DNA from: Deltaproteobacteria bacterium
Lineage (GTDB): Bacteria; Myxococcota_A; Polyangia; Polyangiales; Houyiibacteriaceae
Length of the DNA stretch: 64,000 bases
NCBI GenBank assembly: GCA_034670305.1
Contig: JAXMNT010000020.1
Coordinates: 16,188 to 80,187 of the forward strand
Direction: 5' to 3'
Below, piece by piece: positions 60,363-64,000 of the stretch. The notes under the pieces were generated by a model. It was not told where the DNA came from. It saw nothing but the letters and a program-made list of their open reading frames with translations, and did not search any database. Positions within the stretch are counted from its first letter, which is position 1. Each line of letters opens with the position of its first letter. The position numbers and the translations under genes are program-made.

Positions 60363-60484
60363 GCGGGCAAGGGCAGAGGGGCAGAGGGCAGGGGCAGGGG
60401 GCAGAGGGCAGAGGGCAGAGGGAAAGAGGGCAAGGGCAGGGGCAAGGGCAAGGGCAAGGGAGCAGGCCGCTTCGCGGCCTGCTA
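60363..60484 (-). repeat. Stop-codon-anchored hairpin plus (CTTGCC/CTCTGCC)n tract; second copy at 28652-28713
   Basis: Minus strand reads TAGCAGGCCGC-GAA-GCGGCCTGCTCCCTTGCC... Confidence 0.75.
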
Positions 60485-61546
60485 GAGCCAGCGGCGGCGG
60501 CGGAAGTACAGGAGCATGCCGGCGGCGACGACGATCATGACGCCCCAGAAGATGAAGTAGCTGTACTCGTACTTCAGCTCTGGGAGGTTCTCGAAGTTGG
60601 TGCCGTAGATGCCCGCCAGAAACGTCAGCGGAATGAAGACCGCCGAGAAGATCGTGAGCAGCTTCATGATGTCGTTCATGCGGTTGCTGACCACCGTGTT
60701 GTAGGTCGCGAGCGCGTCCGACAGCATCTCCCGGTACAGCTCGATCGCGTCGGTCGCCTGGGTCGTGTTGTCGAGCAGCTCCTTCATGAACGGGACCGTT
60801 TCTGCCCGGACGATGGAGACGTCCAGCTTCGAGAGCTGGGCGATGGCTTCTTTCGCGGGGCGGACCTGTTTGCGAAAGAAGGTCATCTCGCGCTTGAGCC
60901 GCGTGATCTTCGACAGGATCTGCGGGGTGGGATCGCCCAGCACGTCGAGTTCGACGTCCTCGGCGTGACCACCCAGACGTTCGACGATCTCGATGTAGTT
61001 GTCGACCACGGCATCGAGCAGGGCGAACGCGAGGTAGTCGACGCCGCTCATGCGGATGCGCCCTTGGCTGTTGCGGATGCGGTTGCGCACCGACTCGAAC
61101 ACATCGCCCGGCTGCTCCTGAAACGTGAGCACGAAGGTGCTGCCGAGCACCATGCTGAGCTGCTCGGCGATGACCAGCTTCTTCTTCTTGTCGTAGCGAA
61201 GCATCTTCACGACGAGGAACACGACGTCGTCGTAGAGCTCGAGCTTCGGACGCTGTCCGGTGTTGAGCACGTCCTCGAGCAAGAGCGGGTGCAGGTTGAG
61301 CGCGTCGCCGATCGCCCGAATGCTCGCGGTGTCGTGCAGCCCGTTGATGTTCACCCAGGAGACGGTCTTGGAGTCGACGGCGTCGCGCGCCTCGGCGAGC
61401 TCGGACAGCTCCTGTTCGGTGAGCTGTTCGGCGTCGTAGTCGAACAGGTGGACCCCGATCTCCTCGACCTTCTTCTCACCGATGAACACCAGCTGCCCTG
61501 GGGCCAGCCCCTTGCTCTCCCCGCGCTTCTTGAAAAACCTCGCCAT
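60482..61546 (-). CDS. corA: CorA-family Mg/Co transporter
   Basis: WVNINGLHD, LHPLLLEDV, QRPK, MNDIMKLLT, PLTFLAGIYGTNF; AAGGAG SD. Confidence 0.93.
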   Translation of the reverse strand: MARFFKKRGESKGLAPGQLVFIGEKKVEEIGVHLFDYDAEQLTEQELSELAEARDAVDSKTVSWVNINGLHDTASIRAIGDALNLHPLLLEDVLNTGQRPKLELYDDVVFLVVKMLRYDKKKKLVIAEQLSMVLGSTFVLTFQEQPGDVFESVRNRIRNSQGRIRMSGVDYLAFALLDAVVDNYIEIVERLGGHAEDVELDVLGDPTPQILSKITRLKREMTFFRKQVRPAKEAIAQLSKLDVSIVRAETVPFMKELLDNTTQATDAIELYREMLSDALATYNTVVSNRMNDIMKLLTIFSAVFIPLTFLAGIYGTNFENLPELKYEYSYFIFWGVMIVVAAGMLLYFRRRRWL

Positions 61547-61580
61547 CGCTGCTCCTTGGTCGCCCGCTAGGAATATGACA

Positions 61581-61614
61581 GTCACCGGACGGGGTTTGGG
61601 GCGGTGCCCCAAGA
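61581..61614. repeat. Partial third copy of the TA-flanked REP-like unit
   Basis: GTCACCGGACGGGGTTTGGGGCGGTGCCCCAAGA. Confidence 0.75.
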
Positions 61615-61727
61615 GACAACGGACGGTACGTGGAAAGCCGGCCCACCGCGACCGGCCTCGATCGGTGCGGTTCGGCGGTTCGCCCGCTGGTTGCGTCCCG
61701 ACCCGTTTCGTCGCAGAAATCGGCATC

Positions 61728-62165
61728 ATGAGCCTGAGCCAAGCACTCACCGACGAAGCCAAGAAGCCCACCATCATCGCCGACTGCCTGCAGTTGATCG
61801 ACGACGAGGTGAAGGACAAGCGGGGCCTGAGCGGCGCCGCGATCAAGGCCGGCTACAAAGCCGTCAAAGGCATCAAGCCTGGCTTCATCCAGAACGTCGT
61901 CGAAGGGCTCCTGCCGGAGTTCGCGGAGGGTCTGGATCCGATCCACGCGGAAGCCGTCGCGAAGGGCCAGGACGTGACGTCCTACTTCGACGCGCACAGC
62001 GACCGCGTCGCGGATGCCCTCTTGAACATCACCGACGCCAAAGCCGCCAAGTCCACAAACGGTCTCGTGAAAGGCACCTACAAGCGCCTGCGCGGCAGCG
62101 CCAAGAAGAACGTGGAAGCGGCCGTGCCGCGACTCGCGAAGCTGATCCAGACCCACGCGGGCTGA
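61728..62165 (+). CDS. Conserved hypothetical protein (DUF6918-like)
   Basis: LIDDEVKDKRGLSGAAIKAGY...LLPEF...ADALLNITD. Confidence 0.75.
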   Translation: MSLSQALTDEAKKPTIIADCLQLIDDEVKDKRGLSGAAIKAGYKAVKGIKPGFIQNVVEGLLPEFAEGLDPIHAEAVAKGQDVTSYFDAHSDRVADALLNITDAKAAKSTNGLVKGTYKRLRGSAKKNVEAAVPRLAKLIQTHAG

Positions 62166-62215
62166 TTGCGCGGAAGGTGCGGGCGCTCCGCCGAGCCATC
62201 GGTCAACCTGTGCCT

Positions 62216-62695
62216 GTGAACCGGGCCGTGAGGACAGGGAGGGTGCTGCTGGCGAGTGGCCTGATGGCGTGCGCGGCGACGCTCCCCACCGAAGCGCAGC
62301 CAACCCAGCCGGCGACCTCCGTGGTCGTGCGCGGGACGACGATTCGCACCCAGCCGATCACATTCACGTTCGGCGACCGGTCCGACGGGCAAGAGAACCG
62401 CGTGTGGCTCCGCGTCGAGACGCAGAGACCAGTCCAACTCGAGTTGTTGCGCGTGGAATCGATGCGTGACGGGCGACGGGTGCGACACGCCATCCAGCGG
62501 TGGCAAGTCGACCGCGGCCCTTGGCAGACCGGAGCCGCATCGGTGTCTGGAAACACCCAGATCGGCATCGAGCTCCGGACCCTGCTCGGGGTGGCGGATT
62601 CGGACATCCGGTTGGTTCTGAAAGTCGGTCGGCGGCGGGTGCGCGTCGGGTTCGAGGCCTCCTCCGCGCATGTGCACATGGAGTACGTCCAATGA
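62216..62695 (+). CDS. Secreted hypothetical protein
   Basis: Signal-like N-terminus and beta-rich body; start uncertain. Confidence 0.5.
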   Translation: MNRAVRTGRVLLASGLMACAATLPTEAQPTQPATSVVVRGTTIRTQPITFTFGDRSDGQENRVWLRVETQRPVQLELLRVESMRDGRRVRHAIQRWQVDRGPWQTGAASVSGNTQIGIELRTLLGVADSDIRLVLKVGRRRVRVGFEASSAHVHMEYVQ

Positions 62696-62765
62696 ACGGT
62701 GTGAACTCCGAGCCGGTCCGCAAGAGGATTGGATTCGCCGGCAGCCCGCAGGTACCCTGACGCCG

Positions 62766-63629
62766 TTGCTTCGACTTCTCCTGGTTGCCTCTTGCTTCGC
62801 CTTCGCGGCGCAGACCTCGGTCGCGTCGGCGTGGTGCCAGGCGCGCGATCGGGTCAGCGGGGTCGGAGGCTGCGTACAGCCCTGCATCGACGAAGGGCTG
62901 GCGCTTCATTGGACCAGGCCCTGCATCGACTACACGGTGCACGAGGACGGTTCCCGGGATCTGGACGACGTGCTCCTCTTTGGGGTTCTCGACCGAAGCT
63001 TCGAGTCCTGGACCTCGATCGATTGCGGTGGACGGCGACTCGGGTTCGAGGTGCGTCGCCGCGGCGAGCGCACCCGGTGGGAAGGGCCCGCGTACGTGAG
63101 CGGCGAAGGCAACACCAACCAGTTCGAGTTCGTGGACGAGGAGTGGAGTGAACGCGGACACAGCGCTGGCGCCTTCGCGCTGACCACGACGTGGTTCAGC
63201 CTGAGCGACGGAACCATTCTCGACGCCGACATGGAGATCAACGAGCAGCACTGGGGCTGGGCGGTGTGCCCGGACGCCGGCTGCACGGATGGCAACGTCG
63301 ACCTCGAGAACACCATCACGCACGAGCTCGGTCACTTCTTCGGGCTCGCCCACACGCCCGACGACGAAGACGCGACCATGTGGGCGTGCGCCGACGAAGG
63401 CGAGACGCTCAAACGCACGCTCGAGACCGACGACGCGGAAGGCGTGTGCGCCATCTACCCGGAGGGTGCACTCGACGCGACGTGCAGCTTCGAGCCGCGC
63501 GGCGGCTTCGCACGTTTTCCTGGCGACGACGGATGTGGATGCCGCGCCCCCGGCACCGGCGGAACCACCGCACCGCTCGGCTTCGCGATCGCCCTGCTGG
63601 CGCTCGTGGTCCACCGCCGCCGACGCTGA
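62766..63629 (+). CDS. Matrixin-family zinc metalloprotease with MYXO-CTERM
   Basis: HELGHFFGLAH, Met-turn ATMW, C-terminus GCGC...LALVVHRRRR; TTG start inferred. Confidence 0.85.
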   Translation: MLRLLLVASCFAFAAQTSVASAWCQARDRVSGVGGCVQPCIDEGLALHWTRPCIDYTVHEDGSRDLDDVLLFGVLDRSFESWTSIDCGGRRLGFEVRRRGERTRWEGPAYVSGEGNTNQFEFVDEEWSERGHSAGAFALTTTWFSLSDGTILDADMEINEQHWGWAVCPDAGCTDGNVDLENTITHELGHFFGLAHTPDDEDATMWACADEGETLKRTLETDDAEGVCAIYPEGALDATCSFEPRGGFARFPGDDGCGCRAPGTGGTTAPLGFAIALLALVVHRRRR

Positions 63630-63638
63630 CCGTGGCGG

Positions 63639-64000
63639 CTACCCGAGTTCGATCACTCGCTCGACGAACCAGTACGCGGCGGGCACGCCGACGCCGTAGG
63701 CTGCGTACCGACGAACGTCCCCGGCGCGAGCGGTCCAAGCCTGGCCGAACAGCCGTTCCACACCGAGCGCGCCGACGACGAGCGCCGCGACGAAGGCGAG
63801 CTGGCCGACCTCGACGCCGAGGTTGAAGCCCAGCAGCGACGACGCGACCTCGCCCGGCGGCAACCCGACCTCCCGAAGCGCGCCGGCGAACCCGAGCCCG
63901 TGCAGAAGCCCGAATGCCAGCGCCATCCAGGCCGGCTTCTGCGAGAGCAGCGTGGTGCTTCCGGTCCGCGTCGCTTCGCGCGCGAGCAAGAGCACACTGA
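63639..64000 (-). CDS. HupE/UreJ-family membrane protein, 3' part
   Basis: FGLLHGLGFAGAL...FNLGVEVGQL. Confidence 0.85.
   Translation of the reverse strand, partial: SVLLLAREATRTGSTTLLSQKPAWMALAFGLLHGLGFAGALREVGLPPGEVASSLLGFNLGVEVGQLAFVAALVVGALGVERLFGQAWTARAGDVRRYAAYGVGVPAAYWFVERVIELG

Overview
High-GC DNA that looks myxobacterial (Polyangiales/Sandaracinaceae-like; inferred from MYXO-CTERM tails, Cys/Asp-rich surface repeats and a TonB_C-fused receptor). Left to right it holds: a partial bestrophin gene; a translationally coupled pair of giant Cys-rich surface proteins (vWA + MYXO-CTERM, and a lipoprotein ending in an FGE/CLec-fold domain); lnt flanked by receiver proteins; an Rrf2-sufBCDS-sufT operon; two tandem FG-GAP lipoprotein paralogs; a nested mobile-DNA site (IS5-family relic carrying two TA-flanked ~75 bp inserts, next to a RAYT-like HUH transposase bracketed by ~62 bp inverted repeats); iscS and iscA; a Ser/Thr kinase-AAA gene followed by two tandem lipoxygenases; topA with an extra C-terminal domain; and a metal-homeostasis island. 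The best candidate for a new system is that island. It opens with a leaderless, His-rich, Cys-free uORF ending in RAPP (CruR/CutF-like arrest-peptide architecture) upstream of a TonB-dependent receptor and two lipoproteins. It continues with a Fur regulator, a ZIP-permease fusion, ArsR/SmtB and a His/Cys-rich metallothionein-like protein. Other notable signals are the divergent second lipoxygenase, widespread TANNNT-N6-start (leaderless) gene starts, and several dispersed repeat families. All calls come from reading motifs by eye; no database searches were run.
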